The notes under the pieces are model-generated. The model made no database searches, had not been told where the DNA came from, and saw nothing but the letters and a program-made list of their open reading frames with translations. Below, in pieces: positions 1 through 15,634 of a DNA stretch of 64,000 nt. Source of the stretch: Octopus vulgaris (taxonomy: Eukaryota); NCBI GenBank assembly GCA_951406725.2, contig OX597814.1:55242001-55306000 (forward strand), given 5' to 3'. Within the stretch, counting starts at the first letter, position 1. Each line of letters begins with the position of its first letter. The translations under genes and the position numbers were made by a program.

Positions 1-114
1 AAAATGAATGTTTATCCTAACATTTGAATTTCATGTCAGTGTGATCTTCAGGAACAATAACTGCCTGAAGAGTACACTGACATGAAACTTAAGTTGCAAG
101 ATAAGCATTCAATT
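1..114. repeat. Imperfect fold-back (inverted repeat) with a hammerhead-like motif in each arm; Penelope-type inverted end
   Basis: 1-52 (aaaatgaatgtttatcc...tttcatgtcagtgtgatcttcagg) is the reverse complement of 64-114 (cctgaagagtacactgacatgaaac...gataagcattcaattt), with mismatches. Confidence 0.75.
62..98 (+). ncRNA. Minimal type I hammerhead ribozyme-like motif (degenerate stem II)
   Basis: tgc CTGAAGA gtacactgacat GAAA CTTAAG TT gca: intact core, palindromic stem III (ACTTAAGT), 3-bp stem I; stem II is weak. Confidence 0.5.
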
Positions 115-3100
115 TAAATAAATCATATATATATATCAAGTATTGCTTCCTAATTTATTCAACATAATTCAAAGTCCATATATCATTGTAGCAACTAGAC
201 TGTTAGATGTTATACACCACTGGTCATAATGTGTTTCTTTGTATTTGTGGATGATGCTACGCTGCTGGCTTGGCAGGCTGACAAACATTCACCTTGAATG
301 ATATGCCAATCCATCACAGAGTTAACATTTACAACTGAGTGCGCACGCACACACACACAATATCAAGGATTCGAGAGAGAATCAGGTACTTAAATGATAG
401 GTACCAGGATGGGTCAAATTAACTTGTAAACACCATCTTTAGTTGAATAAATATACTGGGTACTGAAGTACATCCAGTGAAATATTCAGGTTATGCATAC
501 AGAGAATTTAACCCTTATGAGCATTTAACACATAGGGGCTGCTACAAAGCGCACAGTGTTTGGTATACTCTAGGATGCCCAACAGGCTGGAGTCTAGGTG
601 TGTTCCCACCATGTTCATGGTTAGTTCTATAGTTTGAAATTCTATGTATCATCTTATCAAAATGGTTTTTTGCTATGATGTAATGTACTCATTCATCTAT
701 TAAAAAATGCATTAGAAACCACTGTAATGAACTGACATTTATCCATCGTTTGTTATTTATCTATTTGTGTGTGTGTGTACACAGTTTTATGCCTCTGAAA
801 ATTGTGGCTGTTTCAATATTCTGCCACAGAATTACATAAAATTTCACCCACATGACAATTTATAACCATAGGTTAGATCCCCAACTTATACAAGAAATAA
901 AAAAAAAACTTATCTCTATTAATATAGTGTTATTTCAATTCCTTTGGTAATTAGGAAACTATGCAGTCAATTATCTTTGACTGCTTGTATCAAACATGTT
1001 TATAATACAAACTATAGTGTCATCTTTTACATTTGACCATGTAAATTCAAAGCAGCAACTATTGCTATTGCTAAATTCGCGTTTAGATGCATGGCTAATT
1101 ACAAAAATAAAATAAAAAATGGAATTTTATTAGACATACATTAAAGCAAACATGAATATTAAATATATACAAATTCTTTTTGGCAACCAAAAAAAAAAAG
1201 AAAAAAAAAAGAATGGATGTAAATATGAAAAGATGAAAAAAAAAACAGAGTGGCAAATGGTTGATCAAGCAGAGATGATAGGGCAATGCTAATAAGTCAT
1301 TAACAAATGATTTGGTACAAATTGCTAAAATCATTTATTCAGTATTTCCTAGAAGATTTGAGTGATATAATACATCATACAGGCAGGTAAAGTAGCTTCG
1401 CCTGCTCACTAATGTGATGGTTATTCAGAATTGGTATGGATTATTAAAATTTAGATCTAGAGAACAAGTGGACGAAGAAAATATGCAGCCCAGCTTACAA
1501 TCTGCTATGAACACATTTGTGAAGAGAGTAAAGCAAGAGAGGTGGAGGGGGCATGGGGGAGGGGGATCAGTAGTGAGGGTGGAGATGGGAAAAGGGCCAC
1601 TGGACAATGGTAAAGAATTGATGTTTAGCAAGAGATTACAACCTCCTGCATCCAGCTTTTTTTTGTAGGAAACTTTATCAGTCTTTCTCTTTAGTGGCAC
1701 CACCAAAACTACTGTTTTTTCACAGTATCAATTTGTGTTTAGTGGCTGGTAACTTGCTTCTGTCAACAATACAAAACTTCTCAAAGAAATGTACTGCACA
1801 GCTTCAAATACCCAGCTTTCAAGTGATGAACTCTTACAGATATGACAGATTGCACATCTAGGCAAACATACACATCTTTTGATATTCTTTTTCTTTTCTT
1901 TCTTTTTTTTTTGTCCAATCTTTTCATAGTTTGAAGTTTTTATTCTTTTTTATATTTTAGCTTTTTTACATTTTCTTAATGTTTTCTTCATATTCACATT
2001 GGCGCTATAAAGCTTAATGCATATCATTAACATGATGTAGACGGTCACAACCACTCTAGTACAAACATCCTCACAATCAGTTCCAATTATACAGTTGGTT
2101 AACAAAAACGAAAAAAAATGCCAACCATCAAAAAGCAACTTTCAGCACGCAAGGGAGAGAGAAAGAGAGAGAGAGAGCAATGGAAACACACACACAATAT
2201 ATATATATATATATATAAGATGATAAAGATTAATATAACATAGCCAGACCTGAAGTTGCCATTTTAATATGTAGACTGTTGTTAAAAGAATTTATCAACA
2301 TTGCAATTTGAAGACCTAAATTTCAACTGACCTAGAATATACACATGTTGAGTAGCACTTTATATATATATATATATATAAATATATACGTATATATATA
2401 TACACACGTGTGTGTGTGCGTGTGTCTAAAGTCTGCAAGACAGTTGTGTTGAATTATTCTACCCTGGACCCCCTCGTTGTACTATTTATTCTACAAGCTT
2501 AATTATGGCTTTACAGTCGAAGGGGAAATAACTCTAATTTTCTATTTTTCTTTTCTTTTTCCGTGTTTATTCTCACTTTCACTCTTTACATGTAGCTTCT
2601 GCTGTTTTTTTTTTTGCTCGTGATTTCTCTTGTATCAGCATCCTGATATACAAATTGAACAGAACACGTGCTCAGAGTTAGAGATTGCTTGAAGACACAA
2701 GGCGTGTTATAAAAACCTGCCTACACCTGCATCTCTGAAGCAAGAAACTTTCAGTAGCTGGTATCTTTATACAGTGTACATAAAATGATACTAATCTTCA
2801 CTGCATGGAGTACTTTTTTGTTGACCTTAGGCTTAACGGAACAATAAGTTATATATACGTGAGTGAGTGTGTGTGCACATGCTTTGCAGTTTATCCTACA
2901 GTGTTTAAGAAAACACAAAACTAATTTAACATCTAATTCCTTTATCTAAATTGAATCCAAAGCAAATGAAAAGTAACAAACTAATAACGTTGTTTTCGGT
3001 TGCCCCACGACCACTCCCACCAAAAAAAAAAATAATAAAGTCACAAAATTTTATGAAGGAATACCATGAAGTAAACTGCTTAAGCAAATTATAACCACCA

Positions 3101-3500
3101 CTACTTATTTAATAAACAGATCACAGAGAATTAAAAAGTGAAGCGAATTCCAGCAGTGTTTGATTGTAGAACCAGGTTAGGCAAGAGTAATAAGTATTTA
3201 GTGCAGCAATTGATCACTATTACCAATAATAGTATTACCTTAATAGTATAGCAATAAGAGAAAAAAACCCTAAAAGCTTTATGTACCTATTAGTTAGGTG
3301 TCTTGTCAGCAGACGATAATGATAACTCTTGCAGCAAAATATGAGGGATAAGAGCGAAAAGTCCAATGGTTTCTCCACACAATCACTGCAACACTCAGGT
3401 GTAAATTACTTTAAATATACTGAGTGTAGAGAGTAATGGGCTATCAACACAAAAGCTATCTTCCTTGTAGCAAGTGTAAAAGGAAAATTTTTATAATTTT

Positions 3501-3535
<35 letters not shown>

Positions 3536-3738
3536 AGCGGTGGTGGTGGTTGAAGCAGTAGCAATTTGACAACAAATATATCCTCATCTATAAACAGTTT
3601 TCAGCCTTAAACATTGCACACATTCAACAAAAAGTCTGCACTGGCAACAGATTAATTTTTTAGAAAAGGAAAAGTTCTTTACATATGTGTCACCTTTCAA
3701 ACTTGACAAAATGTTTTGTATTGAAATGTATAAATTTA

Positions 3739-3778
<40 letters not shown>

Positions 3779-4086
3779 TTCAGACACACACACCAAAAAA
3801 AAAATACATAACTGATAAAAGCTTTGAAGCTTCCCAACAATTAGTCTTTCAGTCTGCCTACAAGAATAATCAGTAACAAAGATACTGATGTTATATACAA
3901 TGATAATGAGTGTATGACAATGATTACATAATAACAATCTTCACAGTCCTTCAAATGTTAAAGGGAATCTATGAAAATAGAATGGAGGCAGTGTATAAAC
4001 AGTTTCTATGATTAGAGAACATACTTAATGAGTTAACACTACAACATTTGACATCAGAACTAAATTACTTCTGTAACATATGTATG

Positions 4087-4129
<43 letters not shown>

Positions 4130-6582
4130 CGTGGTGAAAAGGAAAATTCTAGATGGTGTTTAAAAAAGAATTGAAAATCTTATTTTTCTGATTGGGAAGT
4201 TAAAAAGGTTTGCCAGTACAAAAGTTAATGAGTGACTTATTTGGCCAACATAAAATCCTTCAAAACTGATTTCTTAGGCACAAGATCACAATTCTACAGT
4301 TGAAAGAAGTGAGACATTGCAATGTCCAAGCCTCTTTCTAAAAGGATATTAGTAGTACATATGAAGAAAACCCTCTCTACTTCCTAACTTATACTATTCC
4401 TTTACTGGTTCCAGCCAATGAGTTGTGGCTATGCTGAATATCATTACACTGATATGATACAATACTTCCAAATAATGAAGTTGAATGACCACTATGAAAC
4501 TATGAGGCAAATGAAATTCTTACATGCTGATATCCAATTATTATTATTATTATTATTATTATAAACTGTTGCATTACTGAAACCTAAGTTTGTAGATTTG
4601 CATGTGCCACATTCCTTGAATAATGTCTGTTAATTAAGTAGAGTTAAACCTGGTGGAGCAGAAACAAGATTTCTCAATTGGAATAAAACATTGTAAATGA
4701 GGTGTCAACCATCTAATTAAACAAAAAAATTTTTTTGACTAGGAACCAAGGAGATTAGTCATGATTCTACACTGACAATAACTCTGCTCAGAATGTCAGA
4801 ACTCATATGGCACATAAACTTATCTTAGCTTATAAATTTTGTTATCCAAACATGAAGTGTAATATTATATAAAAACAAAAACTTGAACCAAATATAAAAC
4901 TTATATTAACCAATGTAACAATGCCAAAATTCTTTAATACAATGTATGTGCTTGGTCTCTATTAGTTGATTCTCACAAACAAATATAATCAACTTCTGAC
5001 ATTCAATAGCAGTGTATTAAATAATAGTGTCATTTCATAAGATGTTACACATCAGTGAGTTCATTAAAAAAGATTAAAAATTTTTTTTTAATGTAGTAGA
5101 TAAAATATTAACAGCAGTTAAATATAGATAAGAAATTAATCTATTATAATGTTCAATTTGATATAATGCGGATACTGAAAGTAAAAAAAAACAACAACTA
5201 ATCTATAGCTTATTTTTGTCTATGTTTTTTTTTATGTTCATGTTTAAGCAGAAAATAAAAAAAGAAACATTCGGGAACGCTTTACCACTTAAAGGATTGT
5301 GTAGTTGAATGCATTATGAGCCATCAGCATTAGGGATCACAAAGAAAGCTCAGTTTACAACAACAACAACAACAAGATGAACAACATTGGGAAGGGGCAT
5401 TAAAATGTGGGTTATGGAAGAATATTAATTTTCTTTCAGAATCTTGGTATTGAAGGAGAGCAACAGTAGAGCCCAGTATGGGAACTAGGTATTAAGAGAG
5501 TGGAGCAAATAGAGCTTCAAACATCTCTTGCTCCTCTTCCCAGCACATACTTCTAAAAACTGGTTATGGAACTTTAAAAAAAAATGTTTTAATTAAAACA
5601 CTTTTTAAAATATAAAAAGAAAAAGTGAGGCAGTCAACCTATCACATTTTTAAGCAGAAGAAAGGCAATTAAAAAATAAACAAACAAGTTCTCTTTTTTT
5701 TTTCTTTCTGGATTCTTTTTGTTATTTTTTCTTTATACTAGTGTATCACTTTGATGTGCATGTTCACCTGTTGGTGCTCAATGATGCAACAGATGAAGTA
5801 CTTAGAAAACACCAGTTATCATAGTTTGTAAAAAAAGTTTGTAATTCATTGTAATTAGATGCAGATCCTGATTTTATGAGACATGTTGCATTAGTGATTT
5901 GTCTACATTGATAAATTATTGATGTTGAAAATATACAGAAAAATACATACAAAAAATAGAGCAGTGTTTTTCCTTATAACCTTAATCTGGAGGAAACAAA
6001 CCAAAAGTAGGCTTCATGCTGGAACCAACTTTTGGTTAGAGATAATGTTAGTATGAATTTAGTAATGATGGTTTAAGTTACATTTCTCCTTTTTTTCTTT
6101 CTTTCTTTTTTTTTTTCTTTATCTTATTCCCCCACTTCTATAGCAGTGTTTCAACTTCACATCAAAAGTTGCCAAAATTAAACCCACAATGGCAAACAAG
6201 GAGAGAATCAACTTCCTTTACTACAAGTTTCAGATACCATAACCAGTTCTGAAAAGCTGACTGAGTGAAAAATCAAGAGACTTTAGGTAAAGAGAAGTGG
6301 CCAAAAAGTTGAGAGGGAAGAAGTACAACATATGCTCATGTAAAGGGGGAAGAATGCAAATATTCTTCATAAAAAAAAAAGTTTAAAAAATACAAAAAAA
6401 TCTCATGTATAATTCTTTTGTTACATCACAAAACAAATGGATGCACCCTTTATTAATAGGCTGCAGGGGTGCAAATAATAATGATGATAACATTAATAAT
6501 GCTTTTATGTTGCACCACAAAAGGATAAATCCAAAGCAGTTAGGTCCCACAGATGATGATGACAATAATATTAACTTCTTAC

Positions 6583-6613
<31 letters not shown>

Positions 6614-7438
6614 TGAATTCAAGAATAATTGGTAAATGATATAAAGAAACAAAATCATTAAAAAGTTTTGTATCATCATCATGTCTATTATTTAAATTCT
6701 GCTTTAATTTTACTTAAATAAGAGGGAGCTAATTTTTACATTTACTTCTTTTGTCAACATGATCATTAAGATGCATTAAAATGGTGACAACCAACATAAG
6801 CAGTGACATTGCCACAAACATTAAGCGATGCCTTCTGAAAACACCAAGTAAGAAACTTTGTCTGTGCTCATTCAAAAGTAACTGCAGGTTTATTAGCATA
6901 ACCTCTTTAGCATTTCAAACAATTTCTTACAGAAGAGGAAGCTAATAAAAAGGTTCAATATTGTTATGAGAGAGAAATTTTAAAATTTTTTTTTCCATTT
7001 TGTATTTCAGTTAATAATTGTTATATAAATCAATATTTTGAACACATGACAAGTGATTGGAGCAAAAATGCAAACTGCACCAGAGGTCAGTTTGTTTTAC
7101 TGACTACATAAACAAGAAACAAGGCAGACAGCAGCCTATCCTAGATTTGTGCGGATCTCCTTCAATATTAATTGTTGATCAGCCATATGTGTTGAACATT
7201 AACTGAACGGGGGAGATAGCTAGGAAAGGACTGCAGAATAAGAGAGCAATAGAAACCAGACATTAAAAAAAATTGTAGCTTTTAAATACAAAAATGATGG
7301 CAATGATAATAACAATAATAGTGTATTTAAGTATGTGTGTATGTGTATGTGTGTGCACATGTTTATATATATTGTGTGCATATGTGTGTGTGTGAGTATA
7401 TAGTAATGCTTGAATGAACACATACACACACAGGTATA

Positions 7439-7478
<40 letters not shown>

Positions 7479-7692
7479 ACTGATGTTTGCATGTGTATTT
7501 ATGAATGCAAAATTAAATTTATGTGTGTGTATATGTAATTAATAATGAGGGAAAAAATATGCTCTCGAAAGATCCACCTGATGGAACACTTGAAAATACC
7601 CAAGTATCAAGTTATGATCGAGGTATGACTCTGGTATGAAAGAAAAACAAAATTTGGAACACAAATGAATAATATTAATATTATTATTATAA

Positions 7693-7760
<68 letters not shown>
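7693..7760. repeat. (AAT)n microsatellite
   Basis: About 22 perfect AAT units. Confidence 0.95.
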
Positions 7761-7761
<1 letters not shown>

Positions 7762-10700
7762 TGAACATGAAGAAAAAATATGAATATGTTGATTATTTTA
7801 CAATTTTTTTTTAGACAATGATGATGATAGCAAATGAGGCCTAGTATAAATGGTCTTGGAATAAGGCATTGATTGGACATGAAATCTTCCAAAACAGTGA
7901 CATTTGAAATGATTTCTTATTGTAAGCTACTGTGAGGTCACTTTACTAACAAAAATTCCACAAGTTAAATTCCCTTACAGAAAAAGGTCTATGCCTGCCT
8001 ATCTAGCATATGAGAAATATATGCTGAACATTGTTGGTAATAGACCAATCTCTATAGCCTTATTAATATATAAAATAAATAAAAAATTTTTAAAAAATGA
8101 TAACACATCTGTGGTTATATTCTATTTCCACTAACCCACTCAAGCTGAATGAAAAAAAAAACTAGAGAGGTTATGATAAATCAGAAATTTGATTTTATTA
8201 ATAGTTCAGTAAGAACTAAAATCCTATTCAGTCAATTGAATGAGAAGGGGACATTTTATTTTTAATTCAAAGACACAAAACAAAAATTTAGGTAGAGAAA
8301 AAAAAATTAAAAAAAAGTATTCTTGACTCTCCTGAAGTAACAGTAATTAAACAAATAAACAAAAAAAAATCTGCCAAACTGAAAACTACTGTGTTTATTT
8401 ATTTGACAATATCTAGTTTATAGGTAACCTAAAACTTAAGAATAGCTTTGTGATTTAAAAATATAGGATGCTTCATTAATACTACAAACTTTAAAAATTC
8501 AGGAAATACCTAGTTTTATTAATTTGTTTTATATAATTACACACATGTATATGTGTGTGTGCGTGTGTGTGTGTATGTGTGTGTGTGCATGTATGCATGT
8601 ATACAAGTTAGTAAAAGGAGATAGAGCAATGCTCATAACTTTTGCAGGCCCACTTAGGATACTGAGATTAGTATGGTTGATGCCCAGGTAGAAATAATCT
8701 GTGGGCTGATGTTTGCAGGAAAAACAAAATACAAAAATTGAAAAGGAAAGGAATTCCAATCTTTTAATCAAAAACTTTTTTTTAATTAAAGTTTCAGTTT
8801 TCATTTAAATCTTCTGACACAAAAATATAAACAATCCCAAGGATCCAAACAGCTTCATTGGTCAACTTAAAAGTTTATGTTTTGATACTGAGATAAACAG
8901 CATTAAATACATTACACACAAATACAATCAACTACATACATCAGGAGCAGCTGAATAAATAAGGGATCTATGTCACAAGTTGGAAACCTAAGCCAAATCT
9001 ACCATCTTGGAATCAAGAATAAAAGAGAAACTGAACAAAGACAGTGTATTATCAGGACTGGAGATATTTTTGATGTAGTCATCTATTAATTTTATCATTA
9101 ATTTTTTTTCCAACTCAATAAATGATTTAGGGTAAACTAAGCTAGTCCAAAGTTATTTTTCAATGATTTACAAATAAAAGCAGTAATATCCCTCCTCACA
9201 AATTGACTGACAAAGAAAACTCCTCTGAGCTGTACCTTGACTGATACATTTCAATTTATCTTTATATCTCAGTTTGTACTCTTTAGACAGTTTATCAAGT
9301 GCTATCAGACCAAAGATCATTGAATTCATTTCTGAAGATGACTACTTCAACAATGTTTGGAAAATTCACAAAAATGAACAAATCAAATAATCCTACAATA
9401 GATTTCGCCAATCTAATTAATAAAATGTTTCTAATCAATTGTACGTGGACTGTTTGGAGACTGTGAAGGGTCATGTACACCTATGTTGGTGGGGTAGTGC
9501 TGAAGTGAATTTATATTAAAAAAAAAAAATTGATAAGCAATGTGCTGATGCCACCATGTGAGATATAACTAAGATGGTATTGTAGAGCCACTTCAACAAA
9601 CAATATGCATAGAAGCCTAAACTGCATCCTTTGGACAGCAAACACATAGCCTAATCCATCAGAAATAGAATATTTTGGTAAGGTGTGTTAAAATTCTCCA
9701 ACTATAAATATGGTATGAAATTCCTAAAACAATCAGCTTGCTCATAATATAAGAAGACAAGCACCATTCAATGATAAGGAAGTAATTAACTGTTTATTTT
9801 TAAAAAATGAACACCAAAAAGTCAATCACATGAGAAACAGTTTTAAAAAGACACAATGCTGACTGTTTAGAATTTCTAAATATAAAGATAGGATACCCCA
9901 AAATTATCTCATAGTTGGACTAACCTTTCGGGAGATAAAGTTAGAGTAGAACAAAACTAAAGTTCAATCAGTCTAAGAAGAAATAAGATTTACTCTTGAT
10001 CAGGCAAACAAAATTCTGTATTTATTAAAGGATTACATTGTATTAATTTTATATATATAATTTATTTCTGTAGTTCTAAACAGGGATTATATGAGTCAAT
10101 GATTTCATTTTAAATAAATATCTTTACATTCATCATTAACTTTATGATGACCACCATCACTATTATTTTGTGAATCATTAATCGTGAAATTCATACACAA
10201 TATATAGAAGATGGTATTGAGAAAGGAATTATCAATGAAAATATGTCAAATAAAGTATACGAAGAAAATGAGAATAATAGTATGAAAGTAAATTATTGAT
10301 TTAACAGTGATTATTCTCCTGATTATATTCCTAACTGTTAACTGAACTGTTGTACTTAGAGAAAAATTAATATTAATCAGAAACATCTTTTTTTCTCAAT
10401 CTTTTTTCTTCTAGTAAATCTCAAAAGGCATTTATTTTTTTAATGGTCTTTTAATAGATATTTATCTTATGCCAGCTATGTGAAACATGGAAAAGTGGTA
10501 TCAAGGACTGGATTTTATACCACCTTTAGTAGATAACTAAGCAAAACCAACTAATAAGCACAATACATTACTAAACTCCACCACATCAAAAGTATACTAT
10601 TTTCATAAGTAACAATTCATACCATCAAAGCTATCATTATGAATTACTTATGTCCCTGCCACACAAGATGAAACTAAGCTAATATTTAGAATTCAAGGAA

Positions 10701-11712
10701 ATACTTTGTAGATATATTATTTACATATTTGGTGGTTTATTTTCATTATCTTCTCAAAATAAAAATTTGGAATGCAGTTAACAAGTATGTAAAATAAACC
10801 ATAAATACATAAATAGAGTTAAAAATTAAGAAAATATATGCTTTCATGAAATAAGTGACTATATTTTTGGTAAACGAATCTCACATTTAATTTATAATAA
10901 AGTGTGCAACCTTATGTGAAACCTGAGGAAAGACTGCAACAAAATATACTAAAAAATGATGTATTTATCACTAATCATTATTAATCTTATTCATCCTGCC
11001 AGTCAGGAGTAATTCAAATTCTGAAGAATAATTTATGAGTAAATGCATTCCTTATTTCTCATCATCATTATTGCATGTGTTTCAATGTTTCTCAAGTAAA
11101 ATGTATTTAAATTGGTTTTATCATATCGAAAACAATACTGGCTTTATACAGCAACTGAGATGAGGAGAAGTGTTGACCTTGTTCAGGCAGTGGCAGCGAT
11201 TATATTTCCTGATTATAGCAACATGATGGTTTCTCATTATACTTGAAGAAGTGACTTTATAAAAGATTAAATATGACACTCATTACATGTAAATATGGTC
11301 ATCTACTTTAACAAGGTGAATGGTTGTTATGAAAATATAATTTTCCCCAAATATAAATATACCTATACACTCAGGTATACATACAAATCATATATATCTA
11401 GTAAATAGAAAATTTATGATGCATTTGTTTTAGTAAAAACAAAACTAATTCTTTGATTTGAACACAAACAACTATAAACTTACATTTCATAATTTAAAAT
11501 TGATAATAAACACATAAATTAAGGATTCCCACAAATCATACACACTAACACAGCATTGATGAAACTACATCTAAAAGCTAACCTACATTTATGTGTGCAC
11601 ACACACACACAGAAGCAGTTATCATCAAATCATCTAATAAAGACACTTTGCAAGTGAGTATGATTCTCCTCAATGTACACTGGCCTCTTTCTTGAGATAT
11701 ATATAATACATT

Positions 11713-11749
<37 letters not shown>

Positions 11750-12544
11750 CATCAATAAATTTACATGTCATCAACAATATGTATAAAAAGAAATAAATAT
11801 CAATAGCTGCATACCTAATGTATGTCATATTTTACATCTGTAATGAACAGCTTCCTAAAAATGGTGAGACTGTTTTCCATTAAGTTGCTTTTCTTTGATT
11901 CCTTTATAAAGTTAGCTACACAGTCCATAACATAATATAAAAAAAACTCTTTATCTTAAGTGAAATAAATATATGCAAAAACCTACATGTAATTTAATAT
12001 TGATAACATTCAAATGATAATTAGGAAACAGTAATGTCTGTTTATTTTTTGCAATTATTGTTCTATATATATCCCACAAAACATCTAAACCAAACTAATA
12101 TTGTTTAAAATATTTAAATGTGAAAGAAAAAGGAAGACAATAAATTAACCTTGTGTCTTTTGACCTATAAATGTACGATGAAAAAGGATGTGAACAGATG
12201 CTTCCCAAGTAGTAAGTTGAGACAGTTAACACAGCAGAGTTTAGAATTTCCTACAACTATCAAGAGCTAGTAGGTAGAAATAGATGTTTCTACAATATTG
12301 GTAAATAACACAGTAGTTAGTGGACAGAGAATAATTACATTAGTTACTAAATAGACAAGTTATTGTTTTTGTTTTTAGCCCTTTTTTTCCTCTTACATTA
12401 GAATGCAATAATTTTCCAAACAGTGAATCCTAAAATACTGAAAAAATATAGTAAATTTTGAAAAATAACTGGATGAGATAGAAAACATGAGTAAAATAAT
12501 TAACTGCAATTTACACACAAATTTTCAATACTATCAAATAGTTA

Positions 12545-12557
12545 ATATATATATATA

Positions 12558-12628
<71 letters not shown>

Positions 12629-12714
12629 TAATATAATATAATATAATATATATATATATATATATAATATAATATACTGTAATATATATATATATATAAT
12701 ATAATATAATATAA

Positions 12715-12752
<38 letters not shown>

Positions 12753-12757
12753 ATATA

Positions 12758-12795
<38 letters not shown>

Positions 12796-12801
12796 ATATA
12801 A

Positions 12802-12848
<47 letters not shown>

Positions 12849-12856
12849 ATAATATA

Positions 12857-12895
<39 letters not shown>
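12545..12895. repeat. Long (TA)n/(TATAA)n compound microsatellite
   Basis: About 350 bp almost purely A/T dinucleotide and pentanucleotide repeats. Confidence 0.95.
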
Positions 12896-12898
<3 letters not shown>

Positions 12899-13461
12899 TC
12901 AGAGAGAAATTAAACTACTCATTGTAAATGAAATCAAGAGAGTCGAGAAATAATTGGAATATGACAGATGAAAGTACATAAAGAATATTTGTCTTTGAAT
13001 TTAAAGAAAAATATAGAAAAATAGAAATTAAGAAAAAAATAATAAATCAAGGAGGAAATAGCCAGGATGATATCACTGGGTGAAAAGAGTATATTAAAGC
13101 ACTTTCTCTATTATGGATGCTCTATTATATTTCACTGACCGTATTAAAACAGCTCCCATTTGTTTATCCATAATGTAAAAAATTATGAAGAAATCCATTA
13201 AAAAATTTCATATTGCTAAAGAATCCTTCATGGAGTATTAAATAATAGTTAACAATGAGAAATTTAAATTTTATATTCAATAATTGTTTTCTTATGTAGG
13301 CATGAGGCCCAAGATATATAGGGGCAGGGACAAAACAGAAAAATGTGACATTCATACCTTTCCCAAGGGCATTAGCAACGTAAGTAAAGAGAACTCGCTC
13401 CTCCAATGATAATTGAGTCCATTACTGGGAGCTTACCTCTACTCTACGGAACTCCCCACTA

Positions 13462-13542
13462 CATATGTATGCATACATACACATATAGGTGTGTGTGTGT
13501 GTGTGTGCATTCATATATAGACATGTATGTGTGTGTGGGTGG

Positions 13543-13586
<44 letters not shown>

Positions 13587-13809
13587 ACACACACAAACAT
13601 GTATCTATATCTACAAATATATATATATATATCTGAATATTCATATATATATATATGCATATGAACAGACATGTGCTTGTATTTGTATTTGTTTGTGTGT
13701 GTGTTTGTGTCTGTATACATATATATAAATACATACACATACATACATTCAAATATACAGGAATATATTATACACATATAGTCAAATGTACATAGACATG
13801 TGTGTGTGA

Positions 13810-13854
<45 letters not shown>

Positions 13855-14190
13855 TGCATGCACATACACACATATATAATTATATACATGTATATATGCA
13901 TATATTCATACATATACATATATACACACACACACTTATATACATAAATGTAGAGATACACACATATATACCTATATATACATACACCTACATGTGTGTA
14001 TATATATATATATATATATATTCATATACACACATACACACATATATATATATATATACATACACACTCATATGTAGATATATATACATATATATATACA
14101 CACACACACATACATACATACGACCATACATACACATGTACATATATACATATACATACAAATAAATTAACACACGCACACACATATTCA
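13462..14190. repeat. Degenerate (TA)n/(CA)n low-complexity tract
   Basis: Source of the spurious IYIY/THTH ORFs in the track. Confidence 0.9.
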
Positions 14191-14275
14191 TTGGTGCATG
14201 CATGGTTGTGTCTTTATGAACTTCACTCTGCAATCACACACTTTCAGGTTTAGTCCCAATTGGGTGGGATCTTAA

Positions 14276-14482
14276 CCATTTAGCATTCAAATCTAAAGCT
14301 TATTTAATCACATTGCTTTGAATAAATCTGACATTATCTTGTAGGTCTGAGATTTTGATTATGTGATTGCTTATTTTTAGAATGACATTGCAGGATAGGT
14401 GTGACACACCAAACCTAGCCAGCTTGAACATAAAACAGGTAGAATATTCGGGCCAGATATGGCTGACTTGAATGGTAAAAGG
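14276..14482. mobile_element. TTAA-flanked MITE (piggyBac-type ends), nested in an older repeat
   Basis: ttaa|ccatttagcattcaa ... ttgaatggtaaaagg|ttaa; imperfect TIRs with TTAA on both sides. Confidence 0.7.
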
Positions 14483-14884
14483 TTAAGAAGGTATCTTCTG
14501 CTTTAGGCCCAAGCCAACGCAAACCTTTCCCAGGATGTTTGGTAGGTTGAAAGTGTAAAAAAAACATTTTGTATATGTATACATATGTGTGTGTACATGT
14601 GTGTGCATGTGTGTTTCTTCACATCTGCACTCACTTATTCGAAAGTAATGTTCAGGTGGTGTCGTTGCTTCCCCAATCAACGACTTGTTTGCTCACTTCA
14701 TGCCATGAAAGCCATGTGGCATAACAGATTCTTGAACAGAGAAACAAGTCAGAATTAATATCAATAATGGCACACACCCATAAACAATGCTTCGATAACA
14801 TATTCATCTAGTCTATGCTGGACAGCAAAACAGATGAAAACAAAGCAGACACATTCATTTGAATTATACATCATACAAATCTGT

Positions 14885-14885
14885 A

Positions 14886-14936
<51 letters not shown>

Positions 14937-15139
14937 CAACACACACACACTCATATACATAAAATGCATTCATTTTAAATATACATGTATATACATGCAT
15001 ACATACACAAATACATGTATATATATATTTGTCTATGTATATATGTGTGTGTGTGTGTTTGTGTGTATGTGTCTATACATGCATGCATGTAGGTACATAT
15101 CTTTTATATATATTTATCTCTTTCCTTTTATTTGATCTT

Positions 15140-15214
<75 letters not shown>

Positions 15215-15487
15215 GTGGTGTGTGTGTGTATACATACGTGCGTGCGTGTATGCACATGTACAGATATACATATTTATAATCTGAAATATACAATACAAAT
15301 ATGTATATGAGATAGTATTCCTTAACTATCTGTCTGTTTATCTATGCAAACATATATAGACATATATACGCACACAGCTACATGTGAATGTATATATAAA
15401 AACACATATCTGTAAATATATATATATACACATATATATATATATGGATAGGATACATATAGATATAGATATACAGATATAAATATG

Positions 15488-15538
<51 letters not shown>

Positions 15539-15583
15539 AAAATTAATTTCATATGAAATACATATACAATTTATATATACAAC

Positions 15584-15634
<51 letters not shown>

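Noticed and set aside
1414-1706. GC-richer patch with overlapping 84/93-aa ORFs
   Set aside because: No recognisable domain or splice structure; driven by a G-rich run.
7578-7600. CTGATGG-aacactt-GAAA motif between microsatellites
   Set aside because: Core mismatch, 2-bp stem II and no stem I/III.
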